Of a stretch of DNA of 64,000 bases, positions 1 to 10,304 are shown in pieces (the stretch's first letter is position 1; the number at the start of each line of letters is the position of its first letter). Under the pieces are notes generated by a model. That model did no database searches. It worked only from the letters and a program-made list of their open reading frames with translations, and was not told where the DNA came from. The position numbers were made by a program, and so were the translations under genes. Source of the stretch: an uncultured Chloroflexia bacterium. Its GTDB lineage: Bacteria > Chloroflexota > Anaerolineae > CG2-30-64-16. The DNA lies in assembly GCA_963810095.1 (NCBI GenBank), contig CAWEMM010000006.1, positions 896,001 to 960,000 of the forward strand, in the 5' to 3' direction.

Positions 1-1048
1 CGTCTTCGGGTCCCAGCAACTTGAGGATCTCCTCCTGGCTCCAGACGAAGAACTTGCCTTCCTTGCCCTCGCTGTCCGCATCCTGCGTGGAGTAGAAAGC
101 GCCCTCGGGCGCGGTCATCTCGCGCAGCACGTAGTCCAGCGTCTCCTCCGTAACCTGGCGGAAGAACGGGTCGCCCGTCACCTGCCACGCGTGCAGGTAG
201 GTGCGGGCCAACTGCGCGTTGTCGTACAGCATCTTCTCGAAGTGCGGTGCAAGCCACTCGTCATCCGTGCTGTAGCGGTGAAACCCCCCGCCCAACTGGT
301 CATACATGCCGCCCCGCGCCATCTTGGTCAGGGTGAAGGTCACGGCTTGCAGGTAGGTGGCGTCTTTCCGCTGGTGGTAGCGCTGCAGCAGAAAGTCGAG
401 ATTCATCGGCTGCGGAAACTTCGGCGCGCCGCCGAAGCCGCCCTCTACCTTGTCGAACGACCGCATGATAGTAGCCGTCGCCCGCGCCAGCAGCGTCTCG
501 TCCAACGGCGTGCCCGAGGCCTGCAGCTGAGCCGTCCGGTTCAGCGCGTCGGCCAGCCGTTCGCCCGCCGAAAGCAGTTCGGTGCGCCGGTTCTGCCACG
601 CCTCGCTCACCGCAGTCAGGAGCTGTGGGAACCCGGGCATGTTGTAGCGCGGCACGGGCGGGAAATAGGTGCCTCCATAAAACGGCTTGCCTTCGGGCGT
701 AAGGAACACCGTCATCGGCCAGCCGCCGCCGCCCGTCATGGCCTGCACCGCCTCCATGTAGATCGCGTCGATGTCGGGCCGTTCCTCCCGGTCCACCTTG
801 ATGTTGACGAACAGCTCGTTCATCAACGCCGCCGTCTCAGGGTTCTCGAACGACTCGTGCGCCATGACATGACACCAGTGGCAGGCCGAGTAGCCGACGC
901 TTAGCAGGACCGGCTTGTCCTCCGCAGCCGCCCGGGCAAGTGCTTCCGGTCCCCACGGATACCAGTCCACCGGATTGTACGCGTGCTGCAGGAGATAAGG
1001 GCTGGTTTCGTGGATCAGGCGGTTGGGTTGCGAGGCTCTTTCGGACAT
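1..1048 (-). CDS. Thioredoxin domain-containing protein, YyaL/SSP411 (DUF255) family; runs off the window edge
   Basis: Reverse strand reads [33 protein letters not shown]...[17 protein letters not shown]...[11 protein letters not shown]...[12 protein letters not shown]; RBS GGAAAGGAA upstream. Confidence 0.93.
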   Translation of the reverse strand, partial: MSERASQPNRLIHETSPYLLQHAYNPVDWYPWGPEALARAAAEDKPVLLSVGYSACHWCHVMAHESFENPETAALMNELFVNIKVDREERPDIDAIYMEAVQAMTGGGGWPMTVFLTPEGKPFYGGTYFPPVPRYNMPGFPQLLTAVSEAWQNRRTELLSAGERLADALNRTAQLQASGTPLDETLLARATATIMRSFDKVEGGFGGAPKFPQPMNLDFLLQRYHQRKDATYLQAVTFTLTKMARGGMYDQLGGGFHRYSTDDEWLAPHFEKMLYDNAQLARTYLHAWQVTGDPFFRQVTEETLDYVLREMTAPEGAFYSTQDADSEGKEGKFFVWSQEEILKLLGPED

Positions 1049-1110
1049 GCACGTTCCTTTCCATGGTCGCCCCAGCAAGGCGTTTTGTCCGAGTCTATCA
1101 TCCGGGCGCC

Positions 1111-1144
1111 AAATGAAAAGGGGCTTCCCTTACAGGAAGCCCCC
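1111..1144 (-). terminator. Intrinsic terminator after the DUF3090 gene
   Basis: GGGGCTTCC-loop-GGAAGCCCC followed by TTTTCATTT on the minus strand. Confidence 0.65.
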
Positions 1145-1164
1145 ATATTGCTCGCCGCGGGCGC

Positions 1165-1679
1165 TTATGAATCGCCGTGGCCGTTGCGGCGGAAGTGCGC
1201 TTCGGACTGCAAGACGACCTGGTCGGGGTTCCGGCCCTTGCCGATGACCTCGCGGGCATACTGGCTGACCAGCTGCATCTGGGCCCGGGTGGCGAAGAGA
1301 CGCACCTCGCGGGGTCGTGCTCCTCGTCTTCCTCCCCCACCGCCTCTTGTGCGACGAGCAGGATCTTGTCGCGATTGGCGTCGTAACCCAGCCCCATTGC
1401 ACCCACCCTGAACAGCGGCTCGGCCGGCTCCTTCACCTGCATCGCGGCTTCGTCAAGCTTAAGACCCTCGTGCCGCGCCAGCCCGAACTCCTGCTCCAGG
1501 TTCGTCACCATCTCGTCGACCGCATCGGCGAGCGCCTGCACCTGCTCCTTTTCACAAACCAGGCTGACGCGCTCCAGACCCTTTTCCGCCTGGATAAAGA
1601 ACGTGCGCTGCCCCGGCTTGCCGACCGCACCGGCGGTGATGTGGGTGACGGGGTCGAGTTCGATCACAGTGTTCGCCAT
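1165..1679 (-). CDS. DUF3090 family protein (one frameshift near 1310)
   Basis: MANTVIELDPVTHITAGAVGKPGQRTFFIQA...EKEQVQALA...FRVGAMGLGYD; C-terminus ...RNGHGDS* in a shifted frame. Confidence 0.8.
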
Positions 1680-1769
1680 GCAAATACGCTCCGTGCGACT
1701 TCGAATAGAGAAAGCATAACGGGCGCCAAGGGCTTTGTCAAATGGATTGCGCGCTTCCGAACCGTGCTT

Positions 1770-1850
1770 ACCACCAGGACTCAAAGACACTAAGGCTCAC
1801 GAAGTCACAGCTTCGCCATGTAAACGTTCGTGTCTTGGTGTCTTTGTGGT
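1770..1850. repeat. REP-like palindrome, ACCAC-AAGACAC family (copy 1)
   Basis: ACCACCAGGACTCAAAGACAC...GTGTCTTGGTGTCTTTGTGGT; relatives at 40806, 49404 and 60288. Confidence 0.7.
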
Positions 1851-1861
1851 GACGTAAGCGT

Positions 1862-3469
1862 TTACGCCTTTGCGCGCATCTGGCTCATGGCATATTCGCT
1901 TAGCGCGGTCGTCGTCAGGCTCGGATTGACACCCGGGTTCGCCGGCATGATCGAGTTGTCCATCACGTACAGACCCGGATAGTTGTGCACCTGGCAATCC
2001 AGCCCGATCACGCCTTCGTCGGCGTTGAGCCCCATGGGCGCGCCGCCCAGGATGTGGGCCGTCATGGGCACTCCGAAGAGCGATTCGCTCACCGACGCGG
2101 CCGGCACGCCGCCGATCTTGTTGGCAAACTCGTAGGTCACGTCGTGGGCCTGCTCGACCTCACCCATCTTCTGATCTTCCCCCAGGTGCGACACGAGGCC
2201 CTTGCGTCCCATCGTCAGTGCGCTGCGGCCGAGGCGCACGTGCATATACGTGTCCTCGGTCTGCATGGTGAGGAGGATCGTCGCGTTGCGCGCCCAACCC
2301 GGCTTCGCCATGAGGCGGTAGCTGTCGCCGGGGTAGCGGAAGGTCTTGCCGAACACCTTGCCCAGCCGCTCGCCGATCCCGGGTCCCGCCTCGATCATCG
2401 GCCCCGCCAGAAAGCGCATCAGCGAGGAACCGTTCGGATAGCGAACGGGCTCGAGATAGGTCACCGGATCGATCTGCGTGATCGAGGTGATGGCGATGCC
2501 CTTCGAGTAGTCGGTCGCTTCGTCGCGGGCGATCACGCCGGTCAGCGACTCGCTGTTCGTCCGCACCATGTCGCCCAGACGAGGGGAGAGGTGGGGCAGC
2601 GACTTCGTCACGTCACGACAGCGGAAGAGGATGCGGAGAGTGCCGATCACGCCCGCCGAGACGACGACGTTCCGCGCCCGCACCCGGCGCTCGCCGCCCA
2701 GCCAGTTCGACGTCCGGTGGTAGGCGACCTCGTAGCGCGCACCAGAGGGATCGGTGTCGCCGAGCGGGCGGATGTCGGTGACGTGGCAAAGCGGTCGCAC
2801 CTCGGCGCCGTTCTTCTCCGCGAAATAGAGGTAGTTCTTGACCAGCGTATTCTTGGCGTTGTACCGGCAGCCCACCATGCAGGCGCCGCAGTGTTGGCAC
2901 CCACGCCGCGCCGGACCCGCGCCGCCAAAATATGGATCAGGCACTTCGACACCCTCGGGGCCGAAGAAGGTGCCTACGTTGGTCATCTGGAAGGCTTCGG
3001 GGCGGCCCATCTCCGTGGCGATCTCCTTGATCACCCGGTCGGCGGGCCAGAAGCAAGGGTTCTGAGTAACGCCAAGCATGCGCTTGGCCGTCTCATAATG
3101 CGGCCGGAGCACACGCTTCCAATCCGCGAGGTCGCGCCAGCCGGTCACGTCGAACAGCTTGCCGTCCGGCTCGGTCAGCACATTCGCGTAGCCCAGGCTG
3201 CCGCCGCCCACACCCGAGCCATGGAGCACGACCACGTTGCGGAACGGTGTGAGTTGGAGGATGCCGTACCAGCGCAGTGACGGCATCCAGAGGTATTTCC
3301 AGACCTGCCAGTTGGTCGTGGCGAAGTCCTCGTCGCGGAAGCGCCGGCCCTTTTCCAGGACCAGCACGCTGTACCCCTTCTCGGTGAGACGCATCGCGGC
3401 GACGCTGCCACCAAATCCCGACCCGATCACCACAAAGTCGTAGACCTGATCATCCAACACTTCGGCCAT
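1862..3469 (-). CDS. GMC oxidoreductase, cholesterol oxidase-like
   Basis: GSGFGG FAD motif, GVGGGSLGYAN, CQHCGACMVGC, TAHILGGA, GVNPSLT. Confidence 0.88.
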   Translation of the reverse strand: MAEVLDDQVYDFVVIGSGFGGSVAAMRLTEKGYSVLVLEKGRRFRDEDFATTNWQVWKYLWMPSLRWYGILQLTPFRNVVVLHGSGVGGGSLGYANVLTEPDGKLFDVTGWRDLADWKRVLRPHYETAKRMLGVTQNPCFWPADRVIKEIATEMGRPEAFQMTNVGTFFGPEGVEVPDPYFGGAGPARRGCQHCGACMVGCRYNAKNTLVKNYLYFAEKNGAEVRPLCHVTDIRPLGDTDPSGARYEVAYHRTSNWLGGERRVRARNVVVSAGVIGTLRILFRCRDVTKSLPHLSPRLGDMVRTNSESLTGVIARDEATDYSKGIAITSITQIDPVTYLEPVRYPNGSSLMRFLAGPMIEAGPGIGERLGKVFGKTFRYPGDSYRLMAKPGWARNATILLTMQTEDTYMHVRLGRSALTMGRKGLVSHLGEDQKMGEVEQAHDVTYEFANKIGGVPAASVSESLFGVPMTAHILGGAPMGLNADEGVIGLDCQVHNYPGLYVMDNSIMPANPGVNPSLTTTALSEYAMSQMRAKA

Positions 3470-3537
3470 GCCCCACCTCTTTCCGCTGAGTCAGGGTTTG
3501 ACCGCCCGGCTGCCCCGCAGCCGGGTCGCCGAACCCC

Positions 3538-4098
3538 CTACCCCCCAAACACGAACGGTGCATTCTCAAGGTACGCGGACAGCGACTGCGCCCGAGCGTC
3601 ACGTTCCGAAAGCAGCGGCTCGGTCGTTGGCCACTCGATCCCCAGCGCAGGATCGTTCCAGCGGATGCCCTGCTCCTGTGCCGGCGCATAGACGTGGCTC
3701 GTCTTGTACAAGACGTCGGCCACCTCGCTGAGCACGCAGAAACCGTGCGCAAACCCCGCCGGAATGTATAACTGCTTGAAGTTGGCCGCGCTCAACTCGA
3801 CCCCGACCCACTGGCCGAACGTCGGCGAACCCTTACGTATATCGACGGCAACGTCCCACACCGCGCCCGACACGACCCGCAGCAGCTTAGCCTGCGCTGC
3901 GGGGGGCAGTTGAAAATGCAGTCCGCGAAGGGTGTGGCGAACCGAGCGGGAGTGGTTGTCCTGAACAAATGCGGTGTCGATTCCTGCAGCGTGCCAGACC
4001 TCTGCATTATAGGTCTCGCAGAAAAAACCGCGCGTATCCTCGAATACGCGTGGGGTAAAGATCAGCACGCCCGGGAGCGAGGTGGTCTCGATGGTCAT
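3538..4098 (-). CDS. rfbC: dTDP-4-dehydrorhamnose 3,5-epimerase
   Basis: DTRGFFCE, QDNHSRS, LRGLHFQ, DVAVDIRKGSPTFG, GFAHGF. Confidence 0.95.
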   Translation of the reverse strand: MTIETTSLPGVLIFTPRVFEDTRGFFCETYNAEVWHAAGIDTAFVQDNHSRSVRHTLRGLHFQLPPAAQAKLLRVVSGAVWDVAVDIRKGSPTFGQWVGVELSAANFKQLYIPAGFAHGFCVLSEVADVLYKTSHVYAPAQEQGIRWNDPALGIEWPTTEPLLSERDARAQSLSAYLENAPFVFGG

Positions 4099-4125
4099 GC
4101 GTGCATTCTACCACAAGCCACTGGG

Positions 4126-4157
4126 AGAAACCAGGTTCGAGACAAAACCCTGATTTC
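4126..4157. repeat. REP-like palindrome, AGAAACC-GGTTT family (degenerate)
   Basis: AGAAACCAGGTTCGAGACAAAACCCTGATTTC, similar to 10234, 32476 and 49882. Confidence 0.45.
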
Positions 4158-4212
4158 ATTTACGCGCTAATCGTGATATAATCGCAGTAGTATTAAAGTG
4201 GCGGGAGGCGTT

Positions 4213-4929
4213 ATGACTTTGGAGAACCGCACTATCGTAATTACCGGCGCATCGGGTGCGCTCGGCGCGCAACTGGCAGCCGACCTGGGGCGTGCCGGCG
4301 CCAACCTCGCGCTGTTGGAGCGCGACCCCGCGAAACTGGCGGCCCTGGCGGGCGCCCTCGGCCTGCCCGCCGGGCGCGTCTTCACCCACCCGGTCGACCT
4401 ACTTGATGGGGAGGCTGCCCGGCGGGCCGGCGCGGCGGTGCTTGGCCGCTACGGCCGCGCCGACGCGTTGATCCACCTGGTTGGCGGTTGGACCGGCGGG
4501 AAGACCTTGCCCGACACGCCCGCGTCCGACCTGGCAGCCATGCTCAACCAACACGTCTGGACCACCTTTAACGTGCTACAGGCGTTCGTCCCCCACCTCG
4601 TCGCGAACCGCTGGGGCCGCATCGTCGTCGTGAGTTCCAATGCGTCGACCCGACCTACGGCCAAGGGCAGCGCCTACGCGGCCGGGAAGGCCGGGCAAGA
4701 AGCTCTCATTCTGACGGCATCCCAGGAACTGAAGGGAACGGGCGTGACGGCCAACTTGCTGCTGGCCAAGGCAATCGACGCGAAGCGCGAGAAGGTCTCG
4801 GCAGCCAGCGCGGAGAACGCGAGTTGGAGCACGCCCGAAGAGCTATCGGGCGTCGTCCAGTTCCTGTTGTCCGACGCCGCTGCAACCGTCAACGGTGCCC
4901 GGCTGCCAGTGTTTGGGAGTTACGCCTGA
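4213..4929 (+). CDS. SDR family oxidoreductase
   Basis: TGASGALG Rossmann motif, YAAGK catalytic YxxxK; TATAAT at 4177. Confidence 0.9.
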   Translation: MTLENRTIVITGASGALGAQLAADLGRAGANLALLERDPAKLAALAGALGLPAGRVFTHPVDLLDGEAARRAGAAVLGRYGRADALIHLVGGWTGGKTLPDTPASDLAAMLNQHVWTTFNVLQAFVPHLVANRWGRIVVVSSNASTRPTAKGSAYAAGKAGQEALILTASQELKGTGVTANLLLAKAIDAKREKVSAASAENASWSTPEELSGVVQFLLSDAAATVNGARLPVFGSYA

Positions 4930-4988
4930 AGCAGATCAGGCCTGCATCCCGCGCTGCCCGACAACGCGGGATGAAACAGGACACCAAG

Positions 4989-5077
4989 TGAACGGATTCG
5001 ACTGATTATCACGATCTTTTCCGGAAGGACAGTGCGATCAGTTCAATCAGTTGTATCAGTGCCCCATTTCAGATCAG
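4989..5077 (-). repeat. ~90 bp dispersed repeat, inverted copy of 57898-57987
   Basis: Reverse complement aligns to 57898-57987 with about 11 differences over 90 nt (manual alignment). Confidence 0.85.
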
Positions 5078-5166
5078 TGACGGCCTTACCAGGAACCGTC
5101 ATTCATACAACTGCGTCACGGGGTCAAGAAGCCCTGCTTTCCCCTCATAGCCCAAAGGAGGAGTCT

Positions 5167-6216
5167 ATGTCCACCCGCAGTCGCACCATTGCCCTGGTCG
5201 CACTGCTCGCACTCGTCCTGGTCGCCGCCATTGCCTGCGGCAGCCCGGCCGCCGCCCCTGCCGCCCAGGTAGCCCCGGCTGCCACATCGGCGCCCGCGGC
5301 CCAGGAGGCCCCCGCTGCCCCCGCGCAGCCGGCGTTCCCCGAGCCCTCGGTTCAGGATCGGGGCGCGGGCTCGGGCGAAGCAGAGGTGCAGCCCACCGCT
5401 CCCCCCGTCATCGAGACGGGCGGCTCGCCATCGAACCGCAAGATCATCAAAGACGCGGAGATGAACCTCGTCGTCGACCAGATCGTGCGAGCTGTCGACC
5501 GCGTGACCACGATCGCTGCGACTGCCGGCGGCTATGTCCTCTCGACCGAGCTATCGAGTCAAGGTGACGGGAAGACGGCTACCGTGAAGCTGGGCGTGCC
5601 CTCCGAGGCGTTCGAGGACGTGCTCCGCCAGATTCGCGGGACCGCTCTGCAGGTGAAGTGGGAACGCGCCACGGGCTCGGACGTCACGTCCGAGTATGTC
5701 GACCTCCAGTCGCAGCTGACGAACCTCAAGGCGACCCAGGCGCGGCTGCGGACCTTCCTGGACGAGGCCAAGACGGTCGAAGAAGCGCTCAAGGTCAACG
5801 CCGAGCTCAGCAAGATCGAAGGCGAGATCGAGACGATCCAGGGGCGCCTCAACTACCTGGGCAACCGCTCAGCCTACTCGACCGTCACGCTGTATCTCGA
5901 ACAGCTCATGCCCACCGCCACCGTCACACCCACGCCTACCATCACGCCCACACCTAGCGCCACCCCCACGGCCACGCCCATTGTGTGGAAACCGGGTCAG
6001 ACGTTTGAGTCGGCGCAAATCACGCTGCAATACGTGCTGCGCGGCCTGGGCGATTTCGCCATCTGGGCCGGCGTGGTGTGCGTGCCGCTGGGGATCATCG
6101 CGCTGATCCTGCTGCTGCCCGTGTTGTGGCTGCGCCGCCGGGCAAAGCGCCGCCGGCCCGCAGCGCCGCCGCCGGCCGCACCGCCACCGCCGCAGCCGCC
6201 GCAGGATAAGCTGTAG
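5167..6216 (+). CDS. DUF4349 domain lipoprotein
   Basis: Lipobox IAC-G, RKIIKDAEMNLVV, DVTSEYVDLQSQL, C-terminal TM helix; RBS AAGGAG. Confidence 0.85.
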   Translation: MSTRSRTIALVALLALVLVAAIACGSPAAAPAAQVAPAATSAPAAQEAPAAPAQPAFPEPSVQDRGAGSGEAEVQPTAPPVIETGGSPSNRKIIKDAEMNLVVDQIVRAVDRVTTIAATAGGYVLSTELSSQGDGKTATVKLGVPSEAFEDVLRQIRGTALQVKWERATGSDVTSEYVDLQSQLTNLKATQARLRTFLDEAKTVEEALKVNAELSKIEGEIETIQGRLNYLGNRSAYSTVTLYLEQLMPTATVTPTPTITPTPSATPTATPIVWKPGQTFESAQITLQYVLRGLGDFAIWAGVVCVPLGIIALILLLPVLWLRRRAKRRRPAAPPPAAPPPPQPPQDKL

Positions 6217-6273
6217 GATGTGCAGAGGTGCCCGGCGCTTCCACAGTGCCGGGCACCCCGGACGGGAGGGGAC

Positions 6274-6720
6274 ATGGCCTTTCCTTACCGCTTGCTGAGC
6301 TTCTACCCGCCGCTCTTCGGCGCCGGGATTCGGGTACGCGCCGATCCGGGCGACCCGTACACCATGAGCAGCCGGCTGGCGCTGCGCTGGTACAACCGGA
6401 ACGTCTGGGGCACCCACTTCGGCGGCTCACTGTACGCTATGACCGACCCGTTCTTCGCACTCATCCTCATCAAGACACTCGGCCCCGGCTACAGCGTATG
6501 GGACAAGTCCGCGTGCGTTACGTTTGTGCGGCCGGGTGCGGGAACCATGCGCGCTACGTTTCACATCGACAAGGAAGAGGTCGAGGCGATCCGCCGGCAC
6601 GCGGATGCGGGCGAGACGCTGGAGCCCACCTACGAGGTGGACGTGACGAACGAAGCGGGCAAGGTCGTCGCGCACGTGCAGAAGGTGGTGCACGTCCGCA
6701 AGCAGGCGGCCAAGGCGTAG
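6274..6720 (+). CDS. DUF4442/PaaI-like hotdog thioesterase
   Basis: FYPPLFGAGIRV, NRNVWGTHFGGSLYAMTDPF, VWDKSA. Confidence 0.85.
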   Translation: MAFPYRLLSFYPPLFGAGIRVRADPGDPYTMSSRLALRWYNRNVWGTHFGGSLYAMTDPFFALILIKTLGPGYSVWDKSACVTFVRPGAGTMRATFHIDKEEVEAIRRHADAGETLEPTYEVDVTNEAGKVVAHVQKVVHVRKQAAKA

Positions 6721-6970
6721 GGCCGGCGCTCGGTCGCCCTCGCCGGGCTCACTCACGCAGACGCTTTCATCACCAGCAGGCCGCCCATTCATCTTCCAGT
6801 CATCTTCCGGCGCGACATTGGACAAGTCGCAAAGAGCTACCAGGCTGTGATTTCAACAGGTCTTTCAGAAGCGCACGAATCAGGCATCCTTCGACGCAAT
6901 CATCAAGAACCTGTTGGAACTACGGCCTGCTGGGCCCTGGTGTACGTCTGACACGCAACGGAGCGTCCGA

Positions 6971-9900
6971 ATGACTCGCCGCCTCTTGCTCCTCCTCCTG
7001 CTGCTCGCCCTGCTGCCTGCCATGCCAACCTGGCCCGTCATCGCCGAGGCAGACGCCACCGGCTCCATTTCCGGCCGCGTGACCGACATTCTCACCGGCG
7101 CGCCGCTGGAGGGAGCGACCGTCGAGGACTACAGCTCGTCAATCGAGGCCACTACCGACGCAGATGGTCGCTACCGGCTGGTCAACGTACCAGAGGGAAA
7201 ACGCTACCTTCGTTTCGACCATCCCCGCTATGCCTCCGAGTATTATGTCGACGCGCCCCGGCTGTTCCTCGCGACGCCCGTCGAGGTGAAGGCGGGCAAA
7301 GAAACGACCGGCATCGACGCGGCGCTGGGACCAGGCGGGCGGATCAGTGGGCGGGTGACGGACCTGGAGACGGGTGCGGGGCTGGCGGGCGTGCGGGTGC
7401 GCGCGCTGCAGCCCGACCTGCGCCCGTGGTGGCCGTGGCGCAGCGTGCGCGAGGCGGTGACCGGGGCGGACGGCCGCTACGCGATCGAAGGGCTGTGGAC
7501 AGACGTATACCACGTCGACTTCGTGGACGAGGCGGGCGACCACGCGACGCAGGGCTACGGCGCGAGCGTGGCCGTGCTGACCGGCGAAGAGGTCGAGGGG
7601 ATCGACATCGCGCTCCAGCACGAGGGGCACATCGCAGGCCAGGTAACGGACCTGGTGACTGGCGAGCCGCTGGCGGGCGTGACCGTGTCCCTCCTTGGCG
7701 TGGACTCGGGCGGCGATTTGGTCGCCGCGGTCGAGACGGATTCCAACGGGCTCTACGCGGCGACCTCGCTGGTGGCGGGGGAGTACTGGCTGCACTTCGA
7801 GCCGCACGACAAAACCCACGCGGCGCGCCACTACGGGGGGGAGGCGGAGTTCGACTCGAAGTCGCAGCGCGTGCGGGTTGAGGTGGGGCGGACCACGGCC
7901 GGGGTGGACCAGCAACTGCCCGAGCTGGCCGCGATCACCGGCCGCGTGACAGATGCGACCACCGGCGCGGGGCTGCGCGGGATCGGCGTCTACCTGGACT
8001 GGTACAGCGAGTACCGTGCGCCGCATGTGACCACCCACCCCGACGGCACATACATTATTCCCAGCGTAACGCCGGGAAAGCATACGGTGTGGGTGCATGA
8101 TCCGAACGGTGCGTATCGCGACGGCCCGGCGACCCAGTTGGACGACACCGAGACGGTCGCGGTCGAGGAGGGGCGCGTCAGCCGGGCGGTCAATGCCGCG
8201 CTGACGCCTTTGTCAGCGAGCCTTCGCAAGATCACTGGCACCGTAACGGACGTGGTGACGGGGCAGCCGCTGGCGGGCATCCGAGCAACGGTTTACGACT
8301 GCTGGCAGTCCTATCATTTGGAATGTTGGGACACCGGTGCCGTTTCGACGGACGCGGCGGGCCAGTACACTTTCTACGATCCGGGGTCTGCCTGGGGCAT
8401 CACCTTCACCGATCCGAACAACGCGTATTTGGCGGAGGACGCACCCAACTTTCGACTGCCTGGCCCGGACGAGGTCGTTGTTCTCGATGCGGCCCTGCAG
8501 CGGTACGATAGGGTGCATGGCGGTATCGCAGGCAAGGTAACAGCCCTTACGACAGGCGAGCCATTGGCCGGCCAGGCGGTCTGCGCACACGACGCGGCAT
8601 GGAGCAGCTACGGCTGCTCGCACACGGCCGCCGATGGGACGTACCGCATCGACGGGCTGACGATAGGACAGCACCAGGTGGTGTTCGGCTCAGGCAACTG
8701 GATAGGCGCCCGGCACGGACAGCAGTCGTATAGCTCGCCGGTGACGGTCAGGCCCAACGAGATCACCCCGAACATCGACGGCGCGCTGCCCGAGCAGGGC
8801 CGCATCGCCGGCACAGTCCGCACGACAGCCGGTGGGCCGCTCGCCGGTGCGACTGTCCAAGTGTGCAGCTACAACTGCGACCGCCAGACCACTGCCGCCG
8901 ATGGGACCTACCTAAGCACCTACCTGTCGCCCGGCGCGTGGGACGTGATGGTGAGCAAGTCGACGTATCAGTGGACCCGTCACGCGGAGCCAGTCACAGT
9001 GACGTATGCTTCGGTCACGGCGGGCATTGACATCACCCTCCCCGCCCTGGGCGTCATCGCCGGCCGAGTGATCGACGCGGACACGGGCGCGGCGGTGGAG
9101 GGCGTCACGGTGCAAACGCGGGGCTGGGGATACTCTGCAACGACCAACACCGATGGCCGCTACACGCTCGCCAACCTGGAGCCCCACGCGTACGGCCTGA
9201 AATTCAAGGACGATCGGCAGCGTTACGGTGAGCTGGACTCGACTGAGACGGTCACCGTGACGCTCGATCAAACCGTCACATTCGACGTGCAGCTCATCCC
9301 GAACGGCTACATCACGGGCCGGGTCACGGCCGCGGAGAGCGGCGCGCCCCTGGGTGGGATTGAGGTGCGGGCCAACTACCCGTGGTCCACGACGACCGCC
9401 CCCGACGGGACGTACAAGATCGGCCCGCTGCCCGACGGCGACTATCAGGTGCGCTTTTGGGACGGCTGGCTGCTGCGGCGGATGGAGTACTACTGGGAGG
9501 CGACCGGCTACAACAGCTACACGCCCGTCACGGTGCGCCACGGCGAGACGACGACAGGCATCGACGAGAGTATGGACCTGCTGGCGTGGGCGCGCGGCCG
9601 GGTGATCGACGCGGACACGGGCGCGCCGCTCTCAGGGATCAAGGTCTGGGGCAGCGGCGAATGGCCGAAGTACAACCCGGTCAACACCGACTCGGAAGGC
9701 CGCTATGAGTTGAAGGGCCTGAACGACGGCACGTACAGCCTGACCGCGCAGGACAGCAGCCACCTCTACATTGACGGCGCGAGCGACAAGCTGGCCTTCC
9801 AGGCCGGCCAGATCGTCGACGTACCCGACATCAAGCTCAAGCGGTGGGGCGAGTTCGGCGGGACGGTGACGGACGAGCGGACCGGGCAGCCGGTGGCGGG

Positions 9901-10219
9901 CATCTGGGTGGTGTTGTATCACGACGAGGGCGAGGGCGAGTGGTCCACCCAGGGTTATGCGATCACTGCCACGGATGGAACCTACCGCATCAGGGGCATG
10001 TACGACAACCCCGACGTATGCCCGGTGTTCTATGATCCCCGAGCGCGCTACCACGCGCAGTCGTACGGCGGCGGGAAGTCGTTGCTGGACAGCCAGACGG
10101 CCAGCTTCAAGCGCGGTTCGGATACCCGGGGGGTGGATGCCATGCTGGTGCGGCGGGGCGATGGCCCGCCGCAAGAGCCGCCGCACCCCGTGTGGCTCCC
10201 GCTGGTCGTGCAGCCTTGA
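6971..10219 (+). CDS. Secreted protein with ~11 carboxypeptidase-regulatory-like (transthyretin-like) repeats
   Basis: Signal peptide; repeated G-x-I-x-G-x-V-T-D...TG-x-PL-x-G...T-x-x-DG-x-Y units; ends PPHPVWLPLVVQP. Confidence 0.85.
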   Translation: MTRRLLLLLLLLALLPAMPTWPVIAEADATGSISGRVTDILTGAPLEGATVEDYSSSIEATTDADGRYRLVNVPEGKRYLRFDHPRYASEYYVDAPRLFLATPVEVKAGKETTGIDAALGPGGRISGRVTDLETGAGLAGVRVRALQPDLRPWWPWRSVREAVTGADGRYAIEGLWTDVYHVDFVDEAGDHATQGYGASVAVLTGEEVEGIDIALQHEGHIAGQVTDLVTGEPLAGVTVSLLGVDSGGDLVAAVETDSNGLYAATSLVAGEYWLHFEPHDKTHAARHYGGEAEFDSKSQRVRVEVGRTTAGVDQQLPELAAITGRVTDATTGAGLRGIGVYLDWYSEYRAPHVTTHPDGTYIIPSVTPGKHTVWVHDPNGAYRDGPATQLDDTETVAVEEGRVSRAVNAALTPLSASLRKITGTVTDVVTGQPLAGIRATVYDCWQSYHLECWDTGAVSTDAAGQYTFYDPGSAWGITFTDPNNAYLAEDAPNFRLPGPDEVVVLDAALQRYDRVHGGIAGKVTALTTGEPLAGQAVCAHDAAWSSYGCSHTAADGTYRIDGLTIGQHQVVFGSGNWIGARHGQQSYSSPVTVRPNEITPNIDGALPEQGRIAGTVRTTAGGPLAGATVQVCSYNCDRQTTAADGTYLSTYLSPGAWDVMVSKSTYQWTRHAEPVTVTYASVTAGIDITLPALGVIAGRVIDADTGAAVEGVTVQTRGWGYSATTNTDGRYTLANLEPHAYGLKFKDDRQRYGELDSTETVTVTLDQTVTFDVQLIPNGYITGRVTAAESGAPLGGIEVRANYPWSTTTAPDGTYKIGPLPDGDYQVRFWDGWLLRRMEYYWEATGYNSYTPVTVRHGETTTGIDESMDLLAWARGRVIDADTGAPLSGIKVWGSGEWPKYNPVNTDSEGRYELKGLNDGTYSLTAQDSSHLYIDGASDKLAFQAGQIVDVPDIKLKRWGEFGGTVTDERTGQPVAGIWVVLYHDEGEGEWSTQGYAITATDGTYRIRGMYDNPDVCPVFYDPRARYHAQSYGGGKSLLDSQTASFKRGSDTRGVDAMLVRRGDGPPQEPPHPVWLPLVVQP

Positions 10220-10233
10220 GGTGTCCTACGCGC

Positions 10234-10287
10234 AAGAAGCCGGGTTTTGCGCCGCCAGGGGCGGCGTTGGCAGAAACCCGGCTTCTT
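10234..10287. repeat. REP-like hairpin, AGAA-CCGGG family; possible terminator
   Basis: AAGAAGCCGGGTTTTGC...GCAGAAACCCGGCTTCTT. Confidence 0.65.
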
Positions 10288-10304
10288 TGCTATAATCGCC
10301 CCAT

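Noticed and set aside
6971-10219. CRISPR or tandem DNA repeat array
   Set aside because: Repeats here and at 53676-54971 are protein-domain repeats; no repeat-spacer array or cas gene was seen in the window.
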